DNA from: Octopus sinensis
Lineage: Eukaryota
Direction: 5' to 3'
Assembly (NCBI RefSeq): GCF_006345805.1
Contig: NC_043013.1
Coordinates: 46,996,001-47,060,000, forward strand
DNA length: 64,000 nucleotides
In this document: in pieces, positions 63,733 through 64,000 of the stretch
How the letters are laid out: every line of letters begins with the position of its first letter
Numbering within the stretch: the first letter of the stretch is position 1
Notes under the pieces: model-generated
What the model saw: the letters and a program-made list of their open reading frames with translations, nothing else
Told to the model about the DNA's origin: nothing
Database searches by the model: none
Program-made: the position numbers and the translations under genes

Positions 63733-64000
63733 TCTACCTTGGATATCCTTGTTGATTATTTTGATTATATATATGTGTGTGTGTGTGTGTGTGAAGGTGC
63801 GTGTAAGTAGAAAATATATTATTATTTTCTCTCCGTTTAAATGTGCTATAATATTGTTTTCCTTCGTTTATTATATACTATGTCCACATTCATACGCACA
63901 CATACATACATATATGCATACATGCAGAGATACATACCTACATGCATGCAGGGATACATACATACATACATACATACATACATACATACATACTACATAC

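Overview
Repeat-dominated, AT-rich animal genomic DNA, most likely from an octopus. That assignment is inferred from extreme microsatellite density and tRNA-derived SINE families resembling octopod SINEs, not from a search. No intact protein-coding gene, rRNA, true tRNA or CRISPR array is supportable, and almost all ORFs in the track are microsatellite read-throughs. Content: (i) decayed non-LTR retrotransposon fragments (R4/Dong-like and other RLE-type LINEs, one L1/Tx1-like piece), one carrying an 11-unit ~238-bp tandem array built from its endonuclease domain; (ii) three to four SINE families, some inserted as dimers inside one target-site duplication; (iii) two copies each of a TIR MITE, a non-autonomous Helitron and an RTE-like leader, plus a Tc1/mariner end; (iv) a ~550-bp element embedded in (AAT)n; (v) several long palindromes; (vi) two weak candidate host exons. 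The main finding is twelve type I hammerhead-ribozyme-like motifs in five sequence-distinct short repeat families, mostly next to (TA)n tracts. All have the short, mostly palindromic helix III typical of Penelope-like-element/retrozyme hammerheads, and several share recurrent non-canonical core variants. Coordinates were read by hand, and the ends of decayed elements are approximate.
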